From the NCBI GenBank assembly GCA_051530055.1, contig CM121342.1:11237480-11301479 (forward strand): a stretch of DNA of 64,000 bases, in the 5' to 3' direction. The stretch comes from Neoechinorhynchus agilis. Its lineage: Eukaryota; Animalia; Acanthocephala. This document shows, one piece after another, positions 12,741-28,226 of this stretch. Below the pieces are notes generated by a model that saw only the letters and a list, made by a program, of their open reading frames with translations, did not search any database and had not been told where the DNA came from. A program made the translations under genes and the position numbers. Numbering within the stretch: the first letter of the stretch is position 1; the number at the start of each line of letters is the position of its first letter.

Positions 12741-15400
12741 TTAGCAACATTTAAGTCGAAAGTTAGTTCTGCTTGTTGAACAATTCTTGGAATTTGCGGA
12801 GCTGATGTCAAGAACTCTCCCTCGTATTGTCTGCGGAAACACCATCCCCTCAAACCGCCAGGTATTTAAGTTACGCCTCCGCGATAGATAATACACCGGG
12901 TCCTTGACCACAAACCCAACTCGTGTTGAGATTTTTACTTCTCCGTCGCTGTAGCACACTGACTTGTGTTTTGCCCATGGAGTGGCTAAGATTTTGGGTC
13001 CGGATTCAGAGCGTTGCGAACGTTTTCAGTCAAACTTTGACGCCAAGAACGTTCAGCTTTGCAGCGAAACATTATTCGCAGATCATCTCTTAGAATACGC
13101 TGTTTCGAGCGCGGACAAAACCTTGTCGGCCATTTGTGTGTGTACACATCAATAACGATGCTGGACGTCTCCATTTCTTGTCAGCATTCGTCTAAATGTA
13201 GCCGCACTTCTATGGGCAATCCGGACATCCATTCTCGATCAGCTTTCCATCGTCACTAGTGAACTTTTCACTTTTATATTTTTATCTTGAGAATAGGTTT
13301 TTCTCCATATCGATTCCGTGAACAATTGTCGGTCTGTTTCTCCTCTCTTGATTAACACCGATGCTGGAAACGCATGATCGCCTTTTTACGAGAATGTCCA
13401 TTATTAGTGAAAATTGCATTCACTTTGTCTATCGCCAATCGTTTCCGCGTTAATGACGATGAGCAAACCAGTGCTGCCCTTTGCATCTCAGCATAAATTG
13501 TCTGTTTCATTACCCAAGAATGATGGGAATCTCGATGCACGAACATCTTTTTACGGCACAGCTTGCGATACCAACTGAAATCTGTGACCTGATTAACTTT
13601 GAAACACAAATTGAGAAATGGAAGATAATCCTATGGTTTGTCACGAGTTACCTTAATTCTATATTCTATTTTAAGTTTCACCGACAAGTCGGTTTGTTTC
13701 ATATCATCATTAAATTTTAGTTTGTAACTTATATCCACTTATTTTTTTAGGCATAAAGCCAAACCAATTGCATCAGAGAAGTGATATAACCACATAGTCT
13801 CTAATGCGCGGTTAATAGTTTGTACATTCCTCCGGATTCTCAGATGCCTCCAGGAGGCGGTACTCATCAGTGGGTTTCCTCCCTTCAGCGGAATTTCGCT
13901 CCCTTTGTTTGTATGTCATTGGCGGCAAGGGATTCTAACCAATTGACCCTAAATAGGATCAGGAGCATTAGTCCACTTGACCACCTCGACACAACTACAG
14001 AATGTCAAACTAAGCCAGTTTTTCGACTCAGGGGGGCAGAGACTAAAACTTAATGATGATGAAAACAAAACCGGCTTGCCAGTAAAACTTAAAATAGAAT
14101 ACAGCGCTCACCCTGAGTCGAAAAACTGGTTTAGTTTGACATTCTGTTGTTGTGTCGAGGTGGTTAAGTGGACTAAAAATAAGCCGGACAAGAAGGGACA
14201 AACTAAAATCTAATCCTCTATTTTTATCCATAGAATTCAATTTCCACTACATGTCATAGGTCCCACAATCCTCTCTATGCAAACAGCACATCATCCACAT
14301 AGTGGTATAATCTACATCGATCCAAAATGCGGGAAGGTACACTGCTTTTCAAATCATCGAGGAAAATAATTGCCAAGGGGGACAAGGCTGTTTTCTATAG
14401 ACAATCCACGGATTTTTTTTACAAAGTCGGTCGTTATATCGAATGAGGTTGCACTCTAGAAACGTTTGAGTGAGTCGAATCACGTTCGTTGGTTGGATTC
14501 CGAATAGGTTAAAGGAATTTTTGTTCTCATTCGTCCGCATATATGAACTTGTTCTCTGAAGAAGTTGGCTAATTGCCATCGCCAGGAAGTGTGATAATCG
14601 GTACGCAGGTTCATTGACTGCCGAAATAATCGGTGTACATTCAAGAAAAGACGCTGTTGTCAATCTTAAAGGACGACCAGCATCTTGTGCGTTTTGACCA
14701 ATGAATACATCACGTTCATCCTCAACGGTCAATGGATGAAGCCACTCATTCCTTTAAAATCGCCTGCGATTATCACTTCACGAAAAATGCTGCTCAACTT
14801 CTTACGCTTCAATTCGCAATCGTTCTTCGATTCCGTCATATATGTAGTCCGATCTCGCAATAAATCCTCCATCGTTATCTCTTCTACCTCTTTATCGATC
14901 GAAATTAGATCGCCGCCTTGATCACCCAATGAAATACGAATCGACTTGTCCCTTAATCTCCTCTTCACATGTGCAAGTGTATCTTGTTCAGCTCGAGTTG
15001 GATTCGATTTAACTTTCTGATCATTGTAACGATTCATAAGAACTTCCATACCCTCTCGAATTTGGAACAAACCTCTCATTCATCAGCTCTAGGAATTGCG
15101 ACCACTCGCTTCTCGAAATTGAACCGCGGTCCAGCTTACCACAATCGTTCCGTTCCATCGATTCATTGTTACCCTGTATCGTGTCATTTTCCACCTTGTT
15201 CTCTGTCAAAAATCTTACGCGTAACTAATGCCCTAATCGTGCAACATCCACTTGTAGCTGCAAGAAGTCTTGGTCTGTCAGTTGCTTCGAAATTGGAAAT
15301 GATGGTCCTCTTGATCGTAATACACATTCATCTCCGTTCAACATGCCTACTGGCATTCATGCCGTTCCATCATTGACGTTCGTCACATCCCTCCTATCGC
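12741..15400 (-). mobile_element. Degenerate Penelope-like element (RT + GIY-YIG)
   Basis: Fragments SLGDQGGDLISIDKE, PIISAVNEPAYRLSHFL, FLECNLIRYND, SHHSWVMK...RAALVCS and GIY-YIG-like C-terminal remnants. Near-identical inverted copy at 24730-26090. Confidence 0.85.
13970..14180. repeat. Internal inverted repeat (approx. 60-bp arms) within the PLE
   Basis: CCACTTGACCACCTCGACACAACTACAGAATGTCAAAC... (from about 13972) is reverse-complementary to about 14112-14172. Confidence 0.8.
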
Positions 15401-16429
15401 CGATTTCAATTGTTGGATGCCTTTCATACGATATTTCGCAATCATCTTCGCAGTTTCGCTCACAATCTTCGCACAATAGGGTACTTGATATTGTTCCAAA
15501 ACACTAAAATTCGACAAGCACGGTGACTACGATAAATCCACTAATCAGTTCTCCAAATTACACAAATCCCTTGGGCCTAAAGATGGATGAATTCACCGCA
15601 AGGCGCGGATTCCAAATGTGTTTTCAAATTTGCGATTGCTGCATTAATTCTTGAGTTATTGGCCTTTCAATCTTGCGACAAATAAACCTTATTATTGATA
15701 TCAAAACATCAATCACTTTTAAATTAAATAACTTTCGCTTGATCAACTTTTAAAGGTGATTTCACCTACATATAGCGTTTTTGGTTGCTATTGTCATTTA
15801 TGCTTTTGGGTTTCCGATAAAAGTTTATATAAAACACCTAAATTTAATCAAAATTACGATTAAGCGGGAAAGACCTGATTATCCATTTTAGGTACTTCTG
15901 ATACGGTGATTTCATTGGTGTTACCCAATTTTGCTGACTATTGCAAATTTAGTGATTTTCACGTTTATGACTTTTTACGAATTTTACACTTGCGATTTAC
16001 CCCGTTAATTGTGCAGCTAGCTATATTAATGTAAGTTCATTTACTACATCTCAACGCACTGATTCCAAATCAGTTTTTTAATTTGTGATAGCTGTTGTAT
16101 TTCTTGAGTTTTTCGGCCGCTCGTGTCTACTATATGCGTGTTTTTCCCCGAATAATTCGTTATTGCACAGTTAACGGAATAACATATGGATTTTATGGTG
16201 GAAGCGTACCCAGGCATTCACCAAAACGACGAAATTGTAAATAGTTTTTTGAGTGGTCAAATGGGCACTTGAAAAGGTTTTAGTTGTCAACTCATTTTAA
16301 TAAAGTTTAATATAATGTTCAAATTCATTAATTTTTTAATAAAAGAATGAGTACTTCATCGGTAGTGAGATGCTTTTTAAAATTTTCACCGCTATCGCTT
16401 TTATGCTTCGACAGCTAATTTTTCAGTCT

Positions 16430-17070
16430 TTGTTTAATAACTCGAACAAAATCGTCTTTATATCGGAGGTTACATTCAAATGCAACTGATGAAGGTGCAA
16501 TACAGCATGTCACAGTGAGCGTGGCTTCATGCCAAGAAGAAAAACTAAAAAGCCAAGGAAGGGATGTCCTAAATCTGAATCAATAGAACCGGCTTGCCAG
16601 TAAAAAACATTTAATAATTCATAGATTTTTTCTTTCCGTACACGGCCGAATGGGCAAACAGTGGACCGATTTGGGTCTGGGAAGCGCTGGTCTGTGCTCA
16701 ATGCCCCAAGACACTGGTCGAGTTTGTATATTCCGTAGTTGTGCCGAGGAGGTCAAGTGGACTTGAGCCCTGAATCCCTATTTTCGGGTGAAATGATTCA
16801 AAATAAACAATCGCCAATGACGCACAACAAAAGGGAACGAAATACCGCAGAAGGAAGGAAACTCACTGATAAGTCCCGCCTCCTCGGGAAATATCTGAGA
16901 ATCCGGAGGGATGCGTACAAACTCGTATACCGTATACACCAGTCTAAATAATTCAATCACTTCCCTGATGTAAGAGATCAGTGAGGTTTCATGTCAAGAA
17001 AAACTAAAAAACCAAGGAAGCGATGTCCTACATCATAATCAATAGAACCGGCTTGCCAGTAAAAACATTT
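16430..17070 (+). repeat. Mosaic of dispersed repeats (PLE RT thumb fragments and a short repeat family)
   Basis: 16430-16610 recurs inverted at 35580-35760 and partly at 16990-17070. 16810-16925 recurs at 13815-13925 (inverted) and 36130-36230. Confidence 0.75.
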
Positions 17071-17529
17071 AAAAAAGCAAATAGTTTGTAATCCGCACAC
17101 AATGCTTAATAACCTTTTTTCTGAGTCGATTGTAGCGAATCATTGTCAAGAAAAAGATTGAATCGTCGGTAAATAATACAACAATGCGGAAAACGTTGTG
17201 GACACAAGTCAATTGCGAAACCGGTTCAAATCATTTCCACACTTTTAAAAGAAGAAATTGCCAATGCTTACCACTTTTTGAAGTTCGTTGGTCAAATAAT
17301 GTGAAATCCTAAGCGCCATGGAAACCAGATTTCTCTCAACCTTTATGACACAACAAAAATAGGGGAATTCGGTGATTTTCACGGAGAAAACAGATAGCTC
17401 ATTGATCCATAGCATTCGTAAATAAGACGCTATTGGAAGTGTAATTTAGGTCTCCAAAAATTATTACCCCAATATATAATTTTGGTAAAGAAACTCCCGG
17501 TCATAGCCTATTTGATTTTGATTTATTGG

Positions 17530-17800
17530 AAATGTTTCGCGAGGTAACCTCGCCTCATCATTCATCTAAAAATGAGTTTTACACATTAAGGTTTTAAGCT
17601 CGAGTGCGCGGGATCGTCAAACCCGAAGTTCGGGGACCAATTATACGTTTTTCCATGATTTTAGCATTGATTTTTAACACGTCGCTGGCTGGAAGTTTCA
17701 AGTTAAAATTAGCTCTATTTCCTTCCATTGTGTTGGACACAGCGATGTGTAAGGCCTCCAAAACAAGCCGCCTTTTTAAGTTTTGCTCTATTTCCATAAA
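17530..17800 (-). mobile_element. PLE 3' end (GIY-YIG C-terminus) with hammerhead-like motif
   Basis: EQNLKRRLVLEALHI..SNTME, followed on the minus strand by ATGATGA-G-GCGAGG-TTA-CCTCGC-GAAA (17535-17561). Confidence 0.75.
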
Positions 17801-18250
17801 GTTGGAGCCACCAAAATCCGCTCAATGCTTACATGTCTCCTGATGATTAGAGATTGCCGACGAATGCTCAAATCGACTGCAGGCTTGCTTATGTTGAACG
17901 ACAGCCAGTTATACGCCTTCAAATCATCGCCTATCCAAAAGGATCAATGCGCTTTATTTTATTGGAGCTTCATAGTGATTGATGTAAATTGGTGGCGGCG
18001 TTATGTGGACGATGTATTCATTCTGACTGATTCAAACAACAACAGAGATACTCTAAATGGTGAACTTAACAGTCAAGATCCACACATACAGTGGACAATC
18101 AATGAAGAGAACATCAATGGTGACTTCTCGTTCCGGGACGTCCCTGTCAAGCGTTCTGCACAAGGCAAAGTTAGCACGTCACTTTATCGCAAGGAGAACC
18201 TACCATGGAGACCACCACACTGGTCAAGTCACCAACCGCCAACGCATTAG
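17783..18250 (+). mobile_element. PLE RT fragment (motif C to thumb)
   Basis: WRRYVDDVF...LNSQDPHIQWT..E.....SFRDVPV...TSLYRKE. Confidence 0.85.
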
Positions 18251-19820
18251 TCGAAAATTCTGATAAATAAATTCTAAATTTCCTTTATTTCACCAACCAA
18301 ATTAATTTCTAAATGAACATCTACACAATAACCCAGCAGATTTATGGTGAGTCTGCTTTACAACATGCACGTCTACTGGAAAAACTATCTCTGAGATCGA
18401 TACACAACAAAAGCAACACCAGAATTTCTCCGAACCTGAAGGATTTATAAAGTACTACCTTCTTTCATTAAACTAGAATCGGTAGCAATCGGATTCACAA
18501 GTTCAAAAACTCAGAATTCGATGAAACAATGGTTGTTGAACAACACAATCAGAGAATTAGATAGAGAACGTAGGAAGCTGAGTCAAATGCTTGAAATGAA
18601 CCATATACGATTAATTGGCCTAACCGATAAAGATTAGTCGGAAGTCATGTCGTCTAATATTGTGAACAATGCTGAGATGGAAATGAAGATAGTCAAAAAA
18701 CGACATATCAAGAAACTTATGAAACTTACTGATGGGCATATGTTCATTCCGTCTAACAACATATCGAACATCGTTAACATGTCTGGGATCATCTAGCCGG
18801 AAAGTGTAATGGAACTCTTGTCCCATGGACCTGGATTTATCCCTACCTCGGATGAAGACGGAGGAGATGATTTACGATCTTTCTGTTACGATGGATAACC
18901 TACCAATATGGAAGTTCGAAAGAGAATACATAAATGGACTTCAAAGAAGACATAATCTAGAGTCAAATATGTCAGATAATATGCTTGAAGGACCGAAATT
19001 GATCAAATCACTCAAAGGGCTCAGGGTTTTAAAAATGGATAAAGGCTATGGCTTCATTGTACTTAACGAGCAGCAGTTAATACAAATCGGAGAGCAGGTG
19101 TTACACGGAGATGAATTTAAGAGACTCGATAGATGCCCTACGATGAAACGAGAAAAGGAACTCAATGGATTTCTTTTGAAATTGATGCAACAAAAATGTC
19201 TTCCTGAAGACCACTATAAGAGATTGCGATTATCCAATGCTAAAACACCCAGAATGCATATGTTAGCGAAAGTACACAAATCTCTCATAAGAGCACGGCC
19301 GATCATAGCTGCTCACTCTTCGTGACGGCATTTAACAAAAAAGGGAGAACCTTAGATGGCATGTTCCGACCCAGAAGGGTTGACGAGGTCTCCGGGTGTG
19401 TGCACAGGATACCCTTTAACGATTGCGACCAATCATATATTGGACAAACCAATAACATCCGAAGAAGGTTGACCGAACACAGACCGGCCATCAGCAAGTT
19501 GACCGATCTCAACTCAGCATTAGTTCATCATGTTAAAGAAAACAAACATCGAATTGATCTTGATGCCACTGAAATAATGGCGATATGTGACAACAAACGT
19601 GACCGAATCACAATGGAGGCCATCATGATTGAACACGGCAACACGTTCACGCATCACAAAGCGGACTACACACTTAGTTTACGTGTACCCTTTAACGCTG
19701 TGGTGAAAGGGTGGAAACTCAATCCGGACTAATGTGCATGTGTGTTTCAGATCACTAAAGAAGACCAACGCATTAGTCGAAAATTCTGATAAATTCTTAA
19801 TTTCCTTTACTTCACCAACC
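18239..19820 (+). mobile_element. Internally deleted PLE flanked by direct pseudo-LTR repeats
   Basis: KMDKGYG, PRMHMLAKVHK..RPIIA, then directly the GIY-YIG region (IPFNDCDQSYIGQT..RRRLTEH). The RT core is missing. Direct repeats at 18239-18298 and 19765-19820. Confidence 0.8.
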
Positions 19821-20096
19821 TTTTTATTTACTCAAAATTTTATTAAAAAAGTTACTTTTTATTATTGCAGAAGGCCAAAGTGAATTTAAAAATATATTAA
19901 TGTGAAATATTTGGACTTTTGGCGATATTATCAAACCGCTCTTTCAACGCTTAAAAGTACGAAACAAATAATCGCTGGAAAAGGAATTGCACTTTCGTAT
20001 ATCGTAAGAGTCCCACCTAATCATTATCAAATCGTTAATTTAACAAATGATCGAATTCAATAATCATATCGAGAAAATCCATCGGGATGATAATCT

Positions 20097-20268
20097 CGGT
20101 TAAAAATCATTTTATTTTTCTGAAATAGTTGGTGAGGAAACCTCGCCTTATCAATCATTGCTTGTAAGTATTTGCAAGAGCTTACACATTTAAAAGCTTA
20201 CAAGCAATGATTGATAAGGCGAGGTTTCCTCGCGAAATATTTCAGAACAATAAAATGATTTTTAACCG
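20097..20268. repeat. Palindrome of a PLE pseudo-LTR/hammerhead-like segment
   Basis: Arms 20097-20168 and 20197-20268. The right arm carries TTGATAA-G-GCGAGG-TTT-CCTCGC-GAAA. Confidence 0.85.
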
Positions 20269-20279
20269 GGCGAATATAT

Positions 20280-21530
20280 TCACCACAAGCCAAAATTCAA
20301 TAATCTTGACGTAAACAGGTCCATGACGCTTTCATAATTAATCATAAAAATGTTCGCTAACACTGGGCCTAAAGGCGAACCCATTGTAACTCCATCGGTT
20401 TGTTCGTAATATTTTCCGTCGAATTGAAATGCTGATTTCGTTGTGCAAAAATCAATCAACTTAATCCATTCTGCTTGTGGTATTTGATCAGTTAGCGGAT
20501 TGTCGTCCAACTTTCGCCGAAATAATGAGCAGAGATCCATCCAATAAATGGTTTCTGACAGCGGATGTTGTATCTCTATTTACCAACATTCCTCTTGCCG
20601 AAACAATGGCGATGGCGGCTAAACTATTGGCTGAAAGAAGGCTTCGAGAACAGTGATAACAAAATCAACTTTTTGGATGTTTTAGTGCAAAGATTTGATA
20701 CGTCTATCGATACTTGCATCTACCATAAACCTAATATTCCGTGGGGACCTAATCACTGGAAAAGCCATGGCCCTATCAAGTACAAAATCAATGCAGCTTC
20801 TAATTTGATGAAAAGGGCAATGGATATCGGAAGTAATCAAATCTTAAGAGACAAAGGTATCGACGAAATCTGCCAAAAATTGATTGAGCTTGAGTATCCG
20901 AAATTCGCCATCAACAAAGCAAGATACAGAGCAACTCACATAAGCACAAGACCACCACAATCAGAGGCCAAGGAAAAGAGGTTTATTCGTTCGACCTATG
21001 TTTCCACGAAAGTGTCGAATCACCTCACACATATAGCGAGGAAATCTAAAGATATTGATTTAGTACCATATCACCCTTCTAGCGCGAAATTGAGCGGAAT
21101 TTTCAAATCGGAGCCCGACGATTATAAGGAGAACAATTGTGTTGTTTACTCGATACCCTGCAAAGACTGTTCACAAGTCTACATTGGACAAACAAAACCC
21201 GGGTATCACAAAAAGAATTCAACAACACAAGTATGCATTAAGAAGGGGTGACATCGCTTCTGCTATCTTTAATCACACTTCGATGGCGCAAGGGTCGCTA
21301 AGGTCGAGGACCAATTACACAGGCGACTAATTATGGAAGCGATATTTATCGAGATGGACGAAACGATGAAGGGTAACAAAAACAATTTCGCATTGAACTT
21401 ACCAATAACTAATCTCCGTCGTAGACCAACGACCCCGCGCTCCTGAATCCAGATAGCGAGGTTGGATGACGTCTGAATGAATTTCCCATTTTAGATGTCT
21501 GATGAGGAGGCTAAGGCCTCGAAAATTCAA
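20280..21530. mobile_element. PLE with inverted 5' part (RT motif B on minus; thumb + GIY-YIG on plus)
   Basis: Minus: FQFDGKYYEQTDGVTMGSPLGPVLANIFM. Plus: NFLDVLV...IYHKP...VVYSIPCKDCSQVYIGQTK. Confidence 0.9.
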
Positions 21531-21545
21531 AATAAATTTCTCTAC
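21495..21545 (+). ncRNA. Hammerhead ribozyme core in PLE 3' end
   Basis: CTGATGA (21499-21505), G, stem II GAGGC-TAAG-GCCTC, GAAA (21521-21524). Stems I and III could not be resolved convincingly. Confidence 0.6.
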
Positions 21546-21849
21546 TCTCGAGGAAGTAAAAATTCGCCATTAATAAAAATCAAAAACCACTCGAAAGCAA
21601 CATTGGATAAAAATACCATTGTATGTTCGGATCTTCTTCATTTATACTAATAATCAGAATTCTCCAATCATACTTGTAGAATCCATAATGATGAAATCGC
21701 GGCCACAATATGACACAAGGAATTACACTAATGTTTTTCATATTCGATCATCTGGGTGGAGATGTCCATGTTCGGGCGGCTCGGAAAGGCCACTTTGCAC
21801 CAGGATTAAAGCCACCTATGAGATAACCTTTGCTAAATGCGTGCAACAA

Positions 21850-22960
21850 CAGATTTCGGTTGTCGACATTGGGAAGATGAAGAGGCCTGCCCGCGTGCGT
21901 ATTTATGAACATATACGAAACGAATCGAACCCAAAAGCGGCTTCCTGATTCCTCAATAAATACGAAGTGCATATTGGTTTTATCGAACTCGCAACATGAT
22001 ATTTTAACTGACTCAAAAACTCTACGGCATATATACGGAAAAAGGATGCTATAAACGATTGTTCAACAAAAGAAAGTGAATTGTGACACAACCTAATGAG
22101 AAATATGAAGCTGCCTGAAGGAGTAAAACTCCGAAATGTTGGTCCAAAATGAAACATGTCGTTTCAATCCCGTAAAGTTCTGGAATAACGACAATAGCAA
22201 AGGGGAACATGGGATTGAGAAATCAGTCGACGATCCACCAACTGTTAGTCAAAATGGCAAAAACAAATGAGATCAGAGTGGACTCTAGTTTATGAATCCA
22301 ATTTAATGGGCGATGGAGTGATTTCTAAATTTATAAACGCTGATAATAACTATTGATACTTTAGAGGACTTTAAAAATAACCACCACGCTATTGAAGTTC
22401 CTTCCTACTTTGCCAGCTTGGCGCAGACTCGAACAACCCACGTATGGAGATGTAATTCCTTCCGCAGCACATTCATACGAGGCATCGCAGGAAACATTTA
22501 CACGTCGATTGGCCAAGGGACCGTATTTCAGTGGCACCAGGAAACGTTAAACGTGGCTGCACCGCATGAGAGCTTTGTGGACGTGTCATGTTGTCATCAA
22601 ATCGATATATCCCATAATTGTTCATACCCTGATCGATGCAAACGAACGCTCAATCCTCACCAGGAATTCCAAGGAAAACTAAAAGGAGTTACCAGCTCAG
22701 TTACAGTGGTTAAAACCGATACTATGGAACCGTCGTCAACTGAAGATAGGTACCTCTTATTCGTGCTGGCAAAATGCGATGAAGACCGAGCTCGAAGTAA
22801 ATCCGAAGTACGATACGTTGCTCGTTCGGACAACCGGGCATTATAGAAGACTTCTTGAGAAGCGAGTCGAATGTAAGCGATCCGACAGCTATCGTCGTTT
22901 CTGGGACAGGAACAATGCTCAGGTGAAACATTTTGAATGCTATGAAGTAGGTGTCGGGTC
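21850..22960 (+). mobile_element. Highly degenerate Gypsy-like pol remnant (RNase H end / integrase)
   Basis: IYEHI..ESNPKAAS*FLNKYEVHI resembles AARLQRW..L..Y.Y.I. HLHVDW resembles LHVDF, and YDTLLVRTTGH...LL resembles YRNTPH.TTG.SP..LL. Many frameshifts. Confidence 0.45.
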
Positions 22961-24399
22961 ACGGTACTAATTTAAAGATGCCATTTCAGTGGTGGCCGAT
23001 TGGGGAACTCATGAAACCCCATGCTGATCTAGTGGCCGTCCATCAAAAATATAACCTTCCTTCCCGAGTAGCGAAATTAGGCAAAAAAATTTCGAACGAC
23101 TATAATTGTTTTGGAGCAAATGACGTGCACATTGGCCTTTCGGTGGCTGCGGTACAAATGAATAAGAATTATCATGTAATATTTTGCTTCGATAAAATGT
23201 ATCTACATTTAACGCTCAAATTCGATTTTCTGTCTAAGGACCTTCGTTAATTTAAAAAGCAAGTTTCCAAGAGGATTTCTGAATCGATTAAACAATAATC
23301 AACGAATCAAACCATTAGAAAGCATACCACAAGTAGTTTTGCCGATCAAGAGATGGAATAATTCCACAGCCTATAATGGAATGGATCACGATTAGTGGCC
23401 AAACTCAGCTCATGGAACGGAAACGGCAACACAATGCAGAACTGAGAGTATTCGCTTGCGTTTGTATTGTGAAACCATAAACGACTACCATGCGAAATTA
23501 AAAATGAAAGAAACGTGTAAACTATGTCGTCATTAGATTTCATAAATTTTGCTTATTTAATTGCGGGGTTAAGACCGCCAATTTTTCGAACTGTTCAATC
23601 TTCAAACACTAAATATAGTTTTCTTTTGGTGGAATATAATTTGATTAACCCGAAGGATTTTCTAAGTATGCACAAGTGCTAATGATGAATCAATGTGCAA
23701 TTTCTGTTAGTGCATGAATCCGATTCCCAGGTTTATCCAATCATGTGCTACAACAGAAATCGATCGATCGGCAATACCACAGTTTGATTGTCGTATTTTT
23801 TATTACAATAAATATTTTACCCCGCTCTTCATTAACTCGTAAGTGCCAAATTTATTTTTGTTACTCTATTTAGGATTATTTTTTGACAAAGGATTGAATT
23901 TATTAAAATTCACAAGTTTTGGAAGATTATGTTCTGTGAAGCCGCGGTTTTCCTCACGCTGGCAGCATTCCCTCGTTTTGTTTAGAAGTCTTTACCCGGT
24001 GAAGAGTTTATTAAATACGTTTTGCGAACTGGAAGCAAATGAAAGGAAAGTTCCGAATAAACTCTTTAAAGGGGTGAATACTTCTAAATAATAATTCTCT
24101 AATCATATACTATACGGTACCTGCTCGCGTAACGACATTATTTATTTGGGTCTACATATCGCAATAGTTAGGAAATGTGCATTTTGAATATTTTAACCCA
24201 GTTTGAGATTAGTATTTTAAACTGTCGAAATTCAACTTTTCTCGCTACAACCGAAAACGGGGACCTCTGGGCGGAAACGATCTCGCGTGCACGCTGCACG
24301 TGATCACTCTGTTTCATTTCACTAAATCTAATTGGAAATTGTGAAGTTCCTCTTGTTTTGGTCACAGTTGAAACAGCTAGAGGTTGTTTAAAGTATCGG

Positions 24400-26090
24400 G
24401 TAACCATTTGTAGGTCATAGTAGGTTAATGGGTTTACTTGTACATTAGAAACCTTGTGGCGATTTGTTGCAAATGAAGGAATAATACTGTTTCGGAGACA
24501 TCGCTTAAGGAATAGAATTCGCTGCTCTTGACCCCTCAAGCTCTCCAACGTTGTCATGTTGTTTGTGACAGTAGTAAAGATAGGTTTGTCCAACAGCATT
24601 TTCATAATCTTGTAAAATACTACTTGATTTTCCAGCCACAGCGAATTGATCAAGTTTTGTTTTCGAAAATAGACACTTGGCCTAGCTGCTAGGACGGTTG
24701 TGAATTGAAGCGTAAGAAGTTGAACAGCATTTTTCGTGAAGTGATAACCGCAGGCGATTTTAAAGAAACGAGTGGCTTCATCCATTGACCGTTGAGGATG
24801 AACGTGATGTATTCATTGGTCAAAACGCACAAGATGCTGGTCGTCCTTTAAGATTGATAACAGCTTCTTTGCTTGAATGTACACCGATTATTTCGGCAGT
24901 CAATGAACCTGCGCACTGACTACAACGAGTTCAAATTTGCGGAATGTTGCGGGGTTACTTTATTATCTGATTGCGCGGTGCAATGACTTTAATGGTAGCC
25001 AGGTTATGTCTTTTGATTTGAACGTCGGTTATGAGGGATCGGTACGAGTACTCGAGAAGCGGTTAAATGATTACAAAGAGGACTTAAACCTATTCGGAAT
25101 CCAAACGACGAACGTGATTCGACTCACTCGAACGTTTTTAGAGTGCAACCTCATTCGATATAACGACCGACTTTACAAAAAAAATCCGTGGATTGTCTAT
25201 AAAAAACAATCTTGTTCCTCTCTTGGCAATGAATTTCCTCGGTGATTTGGAAAGCAGTGGGCCGATGACATGGTGAGGAGATTGAATTCTATGGATCCCA
25301 ATAGAGGAATTAAGGTAACTCGGGACAAACCATCGGATTATCTTCCATTCCTCAATTTTTATCGAGATTCCCATCATTCTTGGGTAATGAAACAGACAAT
25401 TTATGCTGAGATGCAAAGGGCAGCACTGGTTTGCTCATCGTCATTAACGCGGAAACGTTTGGCGATAGACAGAGTGAACGCAATTTTCACTAATAATGGA
25501 TATTCTCGTAAAAAGGCGATCATGCGTTTCCAGCATCGGTGTTAATCAAGAAAGGAAAAACGAGTGAAAAGTTCACTAGTGACGATGGAAAGCTCCTGCT
25601 ACGATCGAGAATGGGTGTCCGGATTGCCCATAGAAGTGCGGCTACATTTAGGCGAATCCTGACAAGAACTGGAAATTATGAAACGCCGGAAAGACGTCCA
25701 GTATCGTTATTGATGTGTACACACACAAATGACCGGCACGGTTTTGTTTGCACTCGAAACAACGTGTTCTAGGAGAAGACCTTCGAACAATGTTTCGCCG
25801 ATGACAATCGCTAGGTCATCTATAGATAGGCAAAACTGGACGTTCTTGGCGTCGAAACGTACTGAATCCGGACGCACAATTAAGGCCGCACCATGGGCAA
25901 AACATGACGCAGAGTTCCACGCCAAGGACCCGGTGGAACAATCTATCACCGAGGCGTTACTTATATCTGAGGCGATTGGAAGGGATGGTGTTTGCGCAGA
26001 CAATACGAGGGAGAGTTCTCGGCATCAGCTCCGCAAATTCTAAGAAATGTTCGACAAGCGGTACGAGCTTTTCGCTTAGTTGTCGCTACT
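24400..26090. mobile_element. PLE remnants: N-terminal domain on minus (approx. 24400-24620) and RT/GIY-YIG on plus (approx. 24730-26090)
   Basis: QRILFLKRCLRNSIIPSF on minus. The plus segment is an inverted near-copy of 12950-14790. Confidence 0.8.
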
Positions 26091-26507
26091 TTAACACACT
26101 TCACAACTCCATGCGCCATTGTAGATTCCCGATGAATACGGCGAAAGCTCGAGAGCCCCCCAAGTGTGAATTTAAAAACAAAGCCTGATGGTTTTTTTTA
26201 TAAAGAAGCAGTTTAACGTTCTAAAGCTTAACCTTCAAGGCGCTGTTTAATACTCATAGAATGTTGAAAAGTCATCAAAACATTTTTCATCATGTAGCCA
26301 CATCGCTTTCTCATATAAAGTTCACTTCGGAAATCAGATTTTGATATTTTGAGATATTTAATTCTCCGATTAAGTCGATGGCTGAAATGTTATCGTAAAA
26401 CAAATTCGTCATTTTTGCACCTACACATGAACATAAATGATTTTGATTTAAAACAATTTGCCCATAACGAACTTTTTAAAGGGAAGAATTACTTTTGGAT
26501 TTTTGAA

Positions 26508-28226
<1,719 letters not shown>

